Shown here piece after piece: positions 50,754-59,291 of a stretch of 64,000 nt of DNA. The stretch is taken from positions 13,220 through 77,219 of IMG/VR virus record IMGVR_UViG_3300046642_000296. The stretch is one strand, 5' to 3'. Below the pieces are notes generated by a model. That model had not been told where the DNA came from. It worked only from the letters and a program-made list of their open reading frames with translations, and did not search any database. Each line of letters starts with the position of its first letter. Within the stretch, counting starts at the first letter, position 1. The translations under genes and the position numbers were made by a program. This DNA comes from a virus.

Positions 50754-51092
50754 ATGACGCAATCGACGCTGCTCACACAGTTTTACCGTGCGTATACCGC
50801 ATGGATTGACGACGGTGCGCCTAAGCGCGTCCTCTTCAGACGGGATGCAGGCCTGTGCCGCAATGTCATGGTCTGGGCCGAGGCAATTGGTCAGGAAGGA
50901 CTTCAGGTAAGACTGCTTCGTGATGAGTTACGAACGCAGCTGAAGCAGGCAGGGATGGACATGGATTACCCATTCAGCCCGGCTGATGCCCAACACGGCC
51001 CACACCACTATTACTACAGCATCGAGACGAACGCTGAAATCTGTCACCTGAATGAACGTCGTATCGCATGGGTAAGGGAGCACGCAGCATGA
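50754..51092 (+). CDS. Hypothetical protein
   Basis: Coupled ORF. Confidence 0.7.
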   Translation: MTQSTLLTQFYRAYTAWIDDGAPKRVLFRRDAGLCRNVMVWAEAIGQEGLQVRLLRDELRTQLKQAGMDMDYPFSPADAQHGPHHYYYSIETNAEICHLNERRIAWVREHAA

Positions 51093-51421
51093 ATGAACTG
51101 ACCGTCGTCAACAAATTCCATGGCAAGTGGCCCAACCGTCGCTATGTCTACATCGGCAGACCCTCACCTCTCGGCAACCCAGTCAAGGTTGAACCGGGAG
51201 TATCGCAGGAAGATGCCGTGTACCTCTACAAGGAGCATCTGCACGAGCAGATGCAAGCTGGTAACGAGGCCATCATCAGTGAACTGGAGCGCATCGGAGC
51301 GATGGTGATGGATGACTCAGGTGAACCTGTGTGCCTGATGTGTTTCTGTGCACCCAAGGTATGTCACGGTGATGTGATCAAGAAGGTAATTGAACGGGCT
51401 ATCGCGGAGCAGACAACATGA
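51089..51421 (+). CDS. DUF4326 family protein
   Basis: VYIGRPSPLGNP...LMCFCAPKVCHGDVI. Confidence 0.85.
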   Translation: MNELTVVNKFHGKWPNRRYVYIGRPSPLGNPVKVEPGVSQEDAVYLYKEHLHEQMQAGNEAIISELERIGAMVMDDSGEPVCLMCFCAPKVCHGDVIKKVIERAIAEQTT

Positions 51422-51630
51422 GCTACACAGTCATCGTAGAAGTCAAAGTCGTCAACACCATGGGTGAAGTTGTAGATAGCTACGGCTATCCCGACATGGG
51501 CAATCCGAACCGCAAGCATTTCCCGTTGAAGACTGAACAGCGCTTCGTGACTTTCGAAGGCATAGAAAAGGCTCACGAAAGCCTTAACGCGCTGCATGCC
51601 GTCGTCAAACAGATGAAGGAACTGCCGTGA
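51418..51630 (+). CDS. Hypothetical protein
   Basis: ATGA/GTGA coupling on both sides. Confidence 0.65.
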   Translation: MSYTVIVEVKVVNTMGEVVDSYGYPDMGNPNRKHFPLKTEQRFVTFEGIEKAHESLNALHAVVKQMKELP

Positions 51631-52022
51631 CCAACAAAACCATTTTCGTCTTCGGTTCCAACGAGGCTGGCATTCATGGCGCCGGCGCAGCAGCTGTGGC
51701 CTACAAGAAGCACGGTGCCCGTTGGGGCATGGGCTATGGCCACTATGGCAACTCATTCGCCATTCCGACGAAGGACCAAAAGCTCAATACGTTGTCACTC
51801 GGCATCATCCGAAAGTACGTCGAAGGTTTTCGGGCCTATGCCGCGGGACATCCGGAGCTGACGTTCCATGTCACACGGATTGGCTGCGGATTGGCCGGAC
51901 TGAGCGACCAGGACATGTCGTTCATGTTTATGTGGGGGTCGAGCAACCTGCTATTCGATGAGGCGTGGAAACCGTTCATGGAAGACGGTATCCACATGCC
52001 CAAATACTGGGGCACCTTTTAA
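51627..52022 (+). CDS. Macrodomain-like protein (N4 gp14-like)
   Basis: IFVFGSNEAGIHGAGAA, SFAIPTK, VTRIGCGLAG. Confidence 0.8.
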   Translation: MTNKTIFVFGSNEAGIHGAGAAAVAYKKHGARWGMGYGHYGNSFAIPTKDQKLNTLSLGIIRKYVEGFRAYAAGHPELTFHVTRIGCGLAGLSDQDMSFMFMWGSSNLLFDEAWKPFMEDGIHMPKYWGTF

Positions 52023-52032
52023 GGAGAATCAC

Positions 52033-52251
52033 ATGCTGTCCATCGAGAAGCAGAAGAATCTGTTCACCGCCAACCCGCTCAACCAGGAAGAAATCGTGGT
52101 GATGAGCGAAGGCAACCGGGCGGTCAGATCCTTCGAGACGCGAGAAGAAGCCATTGACTGGATCATCGAACGCAACAAGCGTCCGGGCGTGCACCCGAAG
52201 GTGCGCATCGTGAAGAAGACCACACAATTCGAGGAGCTGGGCTATGTCTGA
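52033..52251 (+). CDS. Hypothetical protein
   Basis: AAGGAG RBS before MLSIEK. Confidence 0.65.
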   Translation: MLSIEKQKNLFTANPLNQEEIVVMSEGNRAVRSFETREEAIDWIIERNKRPGVHPKVRIVKKTTQFEELGYV

Positions 52252-53074
52252 TTCAGGGATCCAAGCAAAGCGTGCTGCGCACCAGATCGAGCTCGAGCAG
52301 CTGTTCAGCAAGAACCAGCTCATGCCGCGCATCCGTGCGGAATTCGAAGGCTGCAAGGAAGTGAACTTCCGTGAGTACGCCGAGGAAAACGGCATACCCG
52401 GTGATTTCGTCATCGAGCTGCTGGCCCAGATGGCCCTGCACAAGCGTGCTGACCTGCCGACGATGGTCGGCTGCCTGCGTTACCTGTGCGCATCGGGTCA
52501 GGAATGTGCCGATCTGCTGCTGAAGTGCGCGATGGCTGACCTGATGGACTGGTCCCCTACCCTGCACATCTTCATCGTGAAATTCACGATCAGTGCTGAT
52601 GTGCAGGCTGAACTGGACCGCTTCCAGTATCCGTTGCCGATGGTCATCGAGCCGCGGGAAGTGAAGCACAACAGCCAGTCGGGCTACTTCCTGAACAGCG
52701 GCTCGATCATCCTGAAGAACAACCACCATGACGATGATGTGTGCCTTGACCACATCAATCGCATGAACCGTGTGAAGTTCAAGGTCAACTTCGATACGGC
52801 CACCATGATCAAGAACCAGTGGAGAAACCTTGACAGACCAAAGGATGGAGAAACCGCAGCGGATTTTGATCGTCGGGTCCGGGCCTTCGAAAAGTATGAC
52901 CGCACAGCTAAGGATGTTATCGCCAAGCTCATTGAGCACGGTAACGAGTTCAACTTCACGCACAAGTACTGCAAACGCGGCCGCACGTATTGCCAGGGGC
53001 ATCACGCCAATTACCAGGGCACAGCCTGGAATAAGGCCGTCATCGAATTCGCTGATGGCGAAGTCACTCGATAG
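52244..53074 (+). CDS. RNA polymerase II subunit 1 (N4 gp15-like)
   Basis: FQYPLPMV, THKYCKRGRTYCQGHHANYQG. Confidence 0.92.
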   Translation: MSDSGIQAKRAAHQIELEQLFSKNQLMPRIRAEFEGCKEVNFREYAEENGIPGDFVIELLAQMALHKRADLPTMVGCLRYLCASGQECADLLLKCAMADLMDWSPTLHIFIVKFTISADVQAELDRFQYPLPMVIEPREVKHNSQSGYFLNSGSIILKNNHHDDDVCLDHINRMNRVKFKVNFDTATMIKNQWRNLDRPKDGETAADFDRRVRAFEKYDRTAKDVIAKLIEHGNEFNFTHKYCKRGRTYCQGHHANYQGTAWNKAVIEFADGEVTR

Positions 53075-53127
53075 GATCCTGCAAGTAAGCAAGGAAGATT
53101 GGAACCTTTGAACCAAGGAAGGAAGGA

Positions 53128-53310
53128 ATGAGCGTTCGCATACAGCAGATAGCCGCTGCCATCGCCCGATTCGAAGAAGCGGTGCGTGCGCACGAAACCA
53201 AAGGCGCCCAGCGGCCCGAGGACATCAAGGACATCGTTGAAGAATACAACGAGTCACTGGCGCACCTCACGGACCTGATCGCTGAATCCATCAACGAGCG
53301 AATGGCATGA
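53128..53310 (+). CDS. Hypothetical protein
   Basis: RBS and ATGA coupling. Confidence 0.6.
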   Translation: MSVRIQQIAAAIARFEEAVRAHETKGAQRPEDIKDIVEEYNESLAHLTDLIAESINERMA

Positions 53311-53414
53311 GCAAGGAATGGTCGACGGTGCGCTGCACCTGCATCAACTACCGTGGACTGGCATGCCGCAAGTGCTATGCGCCCTTCTACAAACTGTTTC
53401 CATATCTGAAATGA
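53307..53414 (+). CDS. 35-aa Cys-rich peptide (not in ORF track)
   Basis: MSKEWSTVRCTCINYRGLACRKCYAPFYKLFPYLK; ATGA overlaps at both ends. Confidence 0.5.
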   Translation: MSKEWSTVRCTCINYRGLACRKCYAPFYKLFPYLK

Positions 53415-53581
53415 CGACACTCGAAGACATGCAGGAAGCCTGCGACGTGTGCGGTGACGAGCTGGAGATCGGACAGATCGGCATCTGCGGATTCTGCGCG
53501 GAGCACACCAGCCATGTCACTCGCACTGAGTCGGCGCCGCAGCCGCGTCGCTGGGATCCTTTGAACGAAGTAACCAAGTAA
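53411..53581 (+). CDS. Small zinc-finger-like protein
   Basis: CDVC...CGFC. Confidence 0.55.
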   Translation: MTTLEDMQEACDVCGDELEIGQIGICGFCAEHTSHVTRTESAPQPRRWDPLNEVTK

Positions 53582-53602
53582 CCAAGTAACCAAGGAAAGA
53601 AG
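53571..53602. repeat. Tandem TAACCAAG octamers (candidate parS part)
   Basis: TAACCAAG x3 then GAAAGAAG. Confidence 0.7.
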
Positions 53603-53604
53603 TA

Positions 53605-53841
53605 ATGAACCCGCATCGCTACAACCCACTCACGGAAACCAGCACCGGCCGGCTGCCGAAGAAACCTGAGAGCCGCATTGGTGTGACACTCGGCCATGGC
53701 TGCACACTGGAGCTCATGGACGACAACACGCTGCAGCTGCTCAACCGTGATACCAAGGAAACTTTGAACCTTGGTCCCGCACCGAGCGCCGGCAGCGCAC
53801 TGCAGTACGCGCTTGAACGACTGCAGATTCACTTCAAATGA
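53605..53841 (+). CDS. Hypothetical protein
   Basis: 78-aa ORF between repeat clusters. Confidence 0.6.
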   Translation: MNPHRYNPLTETSTGRLPKKPESRIGVTLGHGCTLELMDDNTLQLLNRDTKETLNLGPAPSAGSALQYALERLQIHFK

Positions 53842-53931
53842 ACCAAGGAAGCAAGGAAGGCGGGAGGGAAGTCTCCAAGGAATGAGGGTTATCTCCCTCG
53901 CTGGATCCTTGGAAGTCTCCCTCGCTCGCTC
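53840..53931. repeat. CAAGGA repeat cluster upstream of parA (candidate centromere/operator)
   Basis: CCAAGGAA, GCAAGGAA, CCAAGGAA, inverted TCCTTGG, GGAAGTCTCC x2, TCTCCCTCGCT x2. Confidence 0.65.
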
Positions 53932-54003
53932 CTGCACAGGATACTTGCATCCCTCCGGGATTGGTTTACCGTATACGGTTGAACCAACCATTGCGGAGTT
54001 CGC

Positions 54004-54648
54004 ATGTACACCATCGTCTTCTCCTGCCAGAAGGGCGGAGTAGGCAAGACCCTGCACACAGCCCATCTGGCTGTGGCGCTAGAAGGCATGGGGCAAGGCC
54101 CAGTCGTCACGATGGATCTGGACCCCCAGGGCACGCTCTCAGACTGGTGGAATGACCGCGAAGCCGATGCACCGGCATTCGCCCAGGTCGAGAACCACAG
54201 CCAGCTCGAAGCGAAGAAAGCCCAGCTCAAGGCGGCCGGCTACAAGTGGCTGGTGATCGACACGCCGCCACAGGTGGCCGAGATAAACCTGGCCGCCATC
54301 CAGATAGCTGACCTCGTGATCATCCCGTCCAAGCACAGCAAGGGCGACATCAAGGCTACCCTGCCGACGGTCGACATGTGCGAGGCAACAGGTACGAAGT
54401 TCTTTTACCTGCTTAACGAGACGAACGGTGCCGGCGTCACAGCCTCAGCCGTGCGGCAGCTGGCCTCGATCGGCCCGGTCATCCCGCATACGATCCCGAA
54501 GCTCAATGGCTACTGGCAGTCCATGATTCCCGGCAAGACGATCAACGAGATCAACAAGGGAACCGGCGCCATTCTGATCGAACAGCTGGCCCAGTTTGTC
54601 GTCAGCAAGTTCGAAAAGCCCGTGAAGAAGGAGAAAGCCCATGTCTAA
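54004..54648 (+). CDS. parA: Partition ATPase, type Ib (ParA/ParF-like)
   Basis: Deviant Walker A KGGVGKT, DLDPQG, VIDTPP; 214 aa without N-terminal HTH. Confidence 0.95.
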   Translation: MYTIVFSCQKGGVGKTLHTAHLAVALEGMGQGPVVTMDLDPQGTLSDWWNDREADAPAFAQVENHSQLEAKKAQLKAAGYKWLVIDTPPQVAEINLAAIQIADLVIIPSKHSKGDIKATLPTVDMCEATGTKFFYLLNETNGAGVTASAVRQLASIGPVIPHTIPKLNGYWQSMIPGKTINEINKGTGAILIEQLAQFVVSKFEKPVKKEKAHV

Positions 54649-55009
54649 GGCACCCTCACTCGACTCCGCGGTGATCGTCCGTAAAGGCTACGCCGCACCT
54701 GCAGCCAGTACGGGTGCAATGGTAGAGCCTTCCGTTGTGGCACCGAGGGAACCCGCCAAGGAACCTTCCAAGGATGTCTCCAAGGAACCTTCCAACCAAG
54801 GAACCAGGGAAGAAAGGAAGCGGGCCTGGCACCAGCCGGGGCAGGACGAGTGGAAGAAGACGAACTACGAGATGCCGTTGCGGGTGCAGACCAAGCTCAA
54901 GGAAATGAAGAACTGGGGCTACATCCCGAACGTCTACAAGTTCGTGGCCGAGGCCGTCGAGAAGGAGATCGACAAGGTGATCGCCAAGGCTGAGAAGGAG
55001 GGCTACTGA
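54641..55009 (+). CDS. Putative centromere-binding adaptor (ParG-like, RHH-type C-terminus)
   Basis: Overlaps parA; disordered N-terminus, then strand-helix-helix pattern KKTNYEMP-LRVQTKLKEMK-VYKFVAEAVEKEI. Confidence 0.65.
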   Translation: MSKAPSLDSAVIVRKGYAAPAASTGAMVEPSVVAPREPAKEPSKDVSKEPSNQGTREERKRAWHQPGQDEWKKTNYEMPLRVQTKLKEMKNWGYIPNVYKFVAEAVEKEIDKVIAKAEKEGY

Positions 55010-55620
55010 TGTCAGCCGCTCCGAGTCCTGACGAGAAGGAGCAGTTCGAGCTGTTCAAGGCTGAGACGACGTGGTTTCACGTCTTTCGCTCGATGATCGA
55101 GGGTGGCGACGTTGCCAAAATGGGGCCGGGCGCCTTCACGGTCTACGCGGTGGTCAAGGCACACACGAACTTCAGCACGGGTAGGGCATTCCCTGGTATC
55201 GAGCTGATCGCCGAGAAGTCGGGCATCTCCACCCGGCAGGTCATGCGTGAGCTGGCCGTGCTGGAGGAACATGGCTACCTGACCAAGGTGAAGCAGGGCC
55301 GCCAGAACATCTACACCCTGCGGGAGAAGGTAGGCATCCAGGACGACCATGGCAGGCCTGTGGCCGCTGCATCGTGGGACTACCTGCCTGCAGGCGTGGC
55401 CAACGCCGTGGCAGACCTGAAACACGTCATGATGACGGGCGACTTCGCCGGCGCCAAGATCGTCAACATCGAGAAGCTGACGGTCAACATCAACAACTTT
55501 CACGATAATTCGACCCAGATCAACATGGACAAGCTCATGGCTGACATGGACAAGCTGGATCCGCCCATGCGAGCCTTGCTCATGGCGAACCTGGAACGCC
55601 GCCAGAATGAGCAGAAATAG
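55009..55620 (+). CDS. HTH protein, putative replication initiator
   Basis: AFPGIELIAEKSGISTRQVMRELAVLEEHGYL winged HTH (HTH_36-like); iterons start 7 bp after stop. Confidence 0.7.
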   Translation: MSAAPSPDEKEQFELFKAETTWFHVFRSMIEGGDVAKMGPGAFTVYAVVKAHTNFSTGRAFPGIELIAEKSGISTRQVMRELAVLEEHGYLTKVKQGRQNIYTLREKVGIQDDHGRPVAAASWDYLPAGVANAVADLKHVMMTGDFAGAKIVNIEKLTVNINNFHDNSTQINMDKLMADMDKLDPPMRALLMANLERRQNEQK

Positions 55621-55626
55621 CCGGAT

Positions 55627-55824
55627 AGGTGACTACCTGGCACATATCGGAAAGGTGACAGGCTGTCACGTATCAATAGGTGACTGTCTGGCAGGTGTTT
55701 ACAGGTGACAGCCAGTCCTGTGTATAAATACGTGACTGTGTGGCATGTGTCAGACGGTCAGCCGACAATCTGTCATAGGTGACTGTGTGGCAGGTGTTAC
55801 TCAGGAACAGGTGACTGTGTGTCA
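55627..55824 (+). repeat. Iteron array, 7 copies of about AGGTGACWGNNTGKCA
   Basis: Copies start at 55627, 55653, 55678, 55703, 55730, 55777, 55809. Confidence 0.9.
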
Positions 55825-55874
55825 CCCTAACAAGAAGAGATGTTTACGTTAACAATATGCGAATCTGACGGGAG

Positions 55875-55883
55875 TTATCCACA
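55875..55883 (+). promoter_or_regulatory. DnaA box
   Basis: Exact TTATCCACA about 50 bp after last iteron, past an AT-rich tract. Confidence 0.7.
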
Positions 55884-56057
55884 ATGACCTCAGCAGTCTG
55901 GATACTGATGGTGGTAACCCATGTGAACTCGGGCTCATCTGTCGCCTTCGAGGAGTTTGACAACAAGCAGGCCTGTGATGCGGCCGCGGTGCAGATCCGG
56001 GTCATGGGCGAATCCGTCAACGCCAGATGTGTCAGCAAATCGGGAGCACTGCAATGA
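55884..56057 (+). CDS. 57-aa protein with hydrophobic N-terminus and two Cys (not in ORF track)
   Basis: MTSAVWILMVVTH...ACDAAA...ARCVSK; GGAG RBS, ATGA-coupled. Confidence 0.6.
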   Translation: MTSAVWILMVVTHVNSGSSVAFEEFDNKQACDAAAVQIRVMGESVNARCVSKSGALQ

Positions 56058-56317
56058 GCGACACCCCGCATGAACCGACCCAGGAGCCGAAGAACCTCGT
56101 GCTGGTCAAACTCGATCAGGTGCTCGACCGCATCGACCATCTGGAAGGCAAGCTGTACGTCGAGCTGTTCCAGATGAAAACGCGTCTGTCAGCTGTCGAG
56201 CAGCAGGTCGCCAGCCTGCATGCAGCGGTCGTCCAGCAATGGGCCACCATGGACCAGCACGACGAGACCCAGAACAAGCTGGAGCAACGCCTGCACAAGC
56301 TGGAGCGGCAGGGATGA
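56054..56317 (+). CDS. Coiled-coil hypothetical protein
   Basis: Heptad pattern; coupled. Confidence 0.65.
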   Translation: MSDTPHEPTQEPKNLVLVKLDQVLDRIDHLEGKLYVELFQMKTRLSAVEQQVASLHAAVVQQWATMDQHDETQNKLEQRLHKLERQG

Positions 56318-56514
56318 AGCTGCAATGGCCCTGGCGCACTAGAAGACAGATCGAGGCAGCATTGCCTATCCCCAAGGTCTCGCCTGAGCAGTGGGAAAAG
56401 CTCAATGGAAGTATCCAGAGCGCACGTATCGTCAGCTACGACGAAATGGATGAAGAGAGCAAGCAGGTCTGGGACCGCCACATGGAGACCCAGCACCGCA
56501 TCTTCGGCAAGTAG
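56314..56514 (+). CDS. Hypothetical protein
   Basis: MKLQWPW start, ATGA-coupled. Confidence 0.6.
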   Translation: MKLQWPWRTRRQIEAALPIPKVSPEQWEKLNGSIQSARIVSYDEMDEESKQVWDRHMETQHRIFGK

Positions 56515-56537
56515 CAGTAACCAGCGCAGCAACACAG

Positions 56538-56563
56538 AAAAGCCACCTTCGGGTGGCTTTTTT
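56538..56563 (+). terminator. Strong intrinsic terminator before RNAP II subunit 2
   Basis: AAAAGCCACC-TTCG-GGTGGCTTTTTT. Confidence 0.9.
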
Positions 56564-56595
56564 CATTTGGATCAACGGAATTTCAAGGAGCCATC

Positions 56596-57837
56596 ATGCA
56601 GAAATTCACCGGAATGCAATACCTGGCCATCGACATCGCCTCGAACTACGGTCTGGACAAGAAGACCTGGGACGAGCGTCTGGCCTGGTTCGAGCAGCAC
56701 AGGGACTGCCTGCACGAGATGCTGGCCACGGCCGAGACGCCGGCGCTCTACTACGCAGGCGTGAAAGCCTATGAGGCAGCGCTGGCCGGGCAGCCGTCGG
56801 GCTATCCGGTCTCGCTCGATGCCACCAGCTCGGGCCTGCAGATCCTCGCCGCAGTGACGGGTGACCGCAAGGCAGCTGAGCTCTGCAACGTGGTCAACTC
56901 CATGGAGGAATACCTCGACACCGTCACCAATGTGGTGATGGAACGCATCGCACGTGCTGACGCCTATACCGGCGTCTATGGCGCCATGGTCGAGAAGATC
57001 GGGGAAGAGGGCAAGATCAAGCGTGAGGACACCAAGCAGGCCATCATGACCTCGCTCTATGGCTCCAAGGCCGTGCCCAAGGAAGTGTTCGGCGAAGGCA
57101 TCCTGCTGCAGATCTTCTACGACACCATGGCTGAACTGGCCCCGGCCGCATGGGAGCTGAACCAGGTGTTCCTCGACATCTGGAATCCGGAGGCGCTGGT
57201 CAACAGCTGGGTGCTGCCGGATAACTTCCACGTGCACGTCAAGGTCATGAGCCAGGTGAAAGAAACGGTTCACTTCCTCAACGAGCCGTTCGACACCTTC
57301 CGCAAGGTCAACGCACCGGTCGATGAAGGCCGGTCACTGGGTGCCAACACCATTCACAGCCTCGACGGCATGATCGTTCGGGAGATGAACAGGCGTTGCA
57401 ACTACAGCAAGCAGCGTATCAACGACCTGAAGATGATGTTTGCCGGAAAGAAGCACATCACAACCACGGAAAGTGACAACGAAATGGTCTCCATATTATG
57501 GGGACTGTACGAACAATCAGGCTACCTGTCGGCCAGGATCCTGGACCATCTGGGCAATGATAACTTTGGGGTCGTCAACTCCCTGGATATCGCCAGACTG
57601 ATTGAGTCACTGCCGGAGAAGCCGTTCCAGATCATGACCATCCATGACTGTTTCCGGTGTCTACCGAACTATGCCAACGATCTGCGTGAGCAATACAACC
57701 TTCAACTCACACTCATTGCCCGCTCAAACATACTTGACTTCCTGTTGAGTCAGCTTGTGGGCCGTTCTGTTGAGTGTGGGAAGGTGGACGACACGCTCTG
57801 GCAAGACATCCAGCACGCTGAGTACGCATTGAGCTGA
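56596..57837 (+). CDS. RNA polymerase II subunit 2 (N4 gp16-like)
   Basis: Motif A SLDATSSGLQ, motif B REDTKQAIMTSLYG, ANTIHSLDG, motif C TIHDCF. Confidence 0.95.
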   Translation: MQKFTGMQYLAIDIASNYGLDKKTWDERLAWFEQHRDCLHEMLATAETPALYYAGVKAYEAALAGQPSGYPVSLDATSSGLQILAAVTGDRKAAELCNVVNSMEEYLDTVTNVVMERIARADAYTGVYGAMVEKIGEEGKIKREDTKQAIMTSLYGSKAVPKEVFGEGILLQIFYDTMAELAPAAWELNQVFLDIWNPEALVNSWVLPDNFHVHVKVMSQVKETVHFLNEPFDTFRKVNAPVDEGRSLGANTIHSLDGMIVREMNRRCNYSKQRINDLKMMFAGKKHITTTESDNEMVSILWGLYEQSGYLSARILDHLGNDNFGVVNSLDIARLIESLPEKPFQIMTIHDCFRCLPNYANDLREQYNLQLTLIARSNILDFLLSQLVGRSVECGKVDDTLWQDIQHAEYALS

Positions 57838-57846
57838 AGAATAGGT

Positions 57847-57878
57847 GGCTGACTTCGGTCAGCCGGTTCTTCATATTT
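57847..57878 (+). terminator. UUCG hairpin terminator
   Basis: GGCTGAC-TTCG-GTCAGCC then T-rich. Confidence 0.6.
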
Positions 57879-58180
57879 ATCTCTGAAGGGACGGTTCCGT
57901 ACCTAGCACGATTCACCCTGAATCAAACATGTGATTTACCACTTTTACAACACTCTGATCGTTCACCGCCAGGCATTTCCCTTGCAGATCAAGGCTTCAC
58001 CCTGCTTACAGCACCTTTCCTGCACGGTTACGTTTAGAAACAAGTTTGAGAAGTTATTTACATTTTAGGGAGCCTTTAGCTAGAATTATTTGCAGGACGC
58101 GAAGTTGTTGAACGGCAAGGATTACCGACCAGTTCGGTGTTTTTCTGGGTGTTGGGGTTCTTCCCATACACAACCAATTC

Positions 58181-58208
58181 AGCTCACCACCGGTGAGCTT
58201 TTTTATTG
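58181..58208 (+). terminator. Intrinsic terminator
   Basis: AGCTCACC-ACC-GGTGAGCT-TTTTT. Confidence 0.75.
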
Positions 58209-58239
58209 ATCTGGGTCTAGCGATCCAAGGAGCCACGCA

Positions 58240-58545
58240 GTGCGCATCAATCCTTTCTCTGCTGCCAAACAACATCTCTGGAACGGCGAGCAGTCGGGTG
58301 GGGAGCGCTTCATGTGCCACGCAATCAGCCGTGCACAGAAGGCAGGACAGATCACGGAAGCAGACCGCATGACGGCCAACCGGATGATTCACACCCGGCT
58401 GGGCGAGTACCCGTATGTGGAGTCGTGGCTGTGCAATGAGGCTGGCGTGCTGTGCAGCCAGCTCGATCCTGTGGATGTGCAGGCTTATCGTTTTCTCTGG
58501 CTCGAAGATCTTGAAAAACACTGGAACCAAGGGGTAAGGGAATGA
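58240..58545 (+). CDS. Hypothetical protein
   Basis: AAGGAG RBS, GTG start. Confidence 0.65.
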   Translation: MRINPFSAAKQHLWNGEQSGGERFMCHAISRAQKAGQITEADRMTANRMIHTRLGEYPYVESWLCNEAGVLCSQLDPVDVQAYRFLWLEDLEKHWNQGVRE

Positions 58546-59291
58546 TTTTTCCGCAGCAGGAACGTGTTGTTCGCCAGATCCGGCATGTGATGGGCGTCTT
58601 CGCTGAGAGCGAAGGAGCCATCCGGCCGCACTTCCACCTGACCGGTCCGAGCGGATCGGGCAAGACCTATCTGCTCAAGCAGATAGCTGACGACATGCGA
58701 CTGCCATTTCTGGAGGTCAATGCAGCGGGTCTGACGGCTGAAGGCCTGTCGGGCAACTCACTGTCCAAGGCACTGCGCAAGCTGCGTGAGCACTGGGACA
58801 AGCCGAACATCGTCTTCGTCGACGAGTTCGACAAGCTGTTCCAGCGCAACGGCGAGTCGACCGAAGGCTTTCGCTCGATGGTGCAGGACGAGTTCCTGAC
58901 TGCGCTGGAAAGCCGCTACACGTCGATCTTCACCGACTACGGCAAGTACGAGCCGGTGCGCATCGACAACTCGCTCTTCATCTTCGCCGGCGCCTACTCG
59001 AACCAGAAAGTGGAAACGATCCAGGCGCTGAAGGAAGTGGGCCTGCGTCGTGAGTTCGTCGGCCGGGTGCCGCTCGTGTTCTACACGGAAGAGGTGCCGG
59101 TCTCCGAGCTGCGCAAGGTGATCCCGAAGCTCGACCTGTACCAGCAGTACAAGGCGCTGTATCCGAACACCAGCGACTCGGTGGCCTCGAAGGCAATCGC
59201 CGCGGTGATCGAGCAGCAGAACAAGGAACTGGGCATCGGCATCCGCCTGCTCAACTCCGCCGTCCACCAGCATTTCATGCGAGACATCTAA
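58542..59291 (+). CDS. ClpX/HslU-like AAA+ ATPase
   Basis: GPSGSGKT, VFVDEFDK, FIFAGAY, GLRREFVGRVP. Confidence 0.85.
   Translation: MIFPQQERVVRQIRHVMGVFAESEGAIRPHFHLTGPSGSGKTYLLKQIADDMRLPFLEVNAAGLTAEGLSGNSLSKALRKLREHWDKPNIVFVDEFDKLFQRNGESTEGFRSMVQDEFLTALESRYTSIFTDYGKYEPVRIDNSLFIFAGAYSNQKVETIQALKEVGLRREFVGRVPLVFYTEEVPVSELRKVIPKLDLYQQYKALYPNTSDSVASKAIAAVIEQQNKELGIGIRLLNSAVHQHFMRDI

Noticed and set aside
55627-55824. Repeat array as a CRISPR or mini-CRISPR
   Set aside because: Repeats are 16 bp and degenerate with mostly 9-11 bp gaps. No cas operon, and the context (HTH gene, AT tract, DnaA box) fits iterons.
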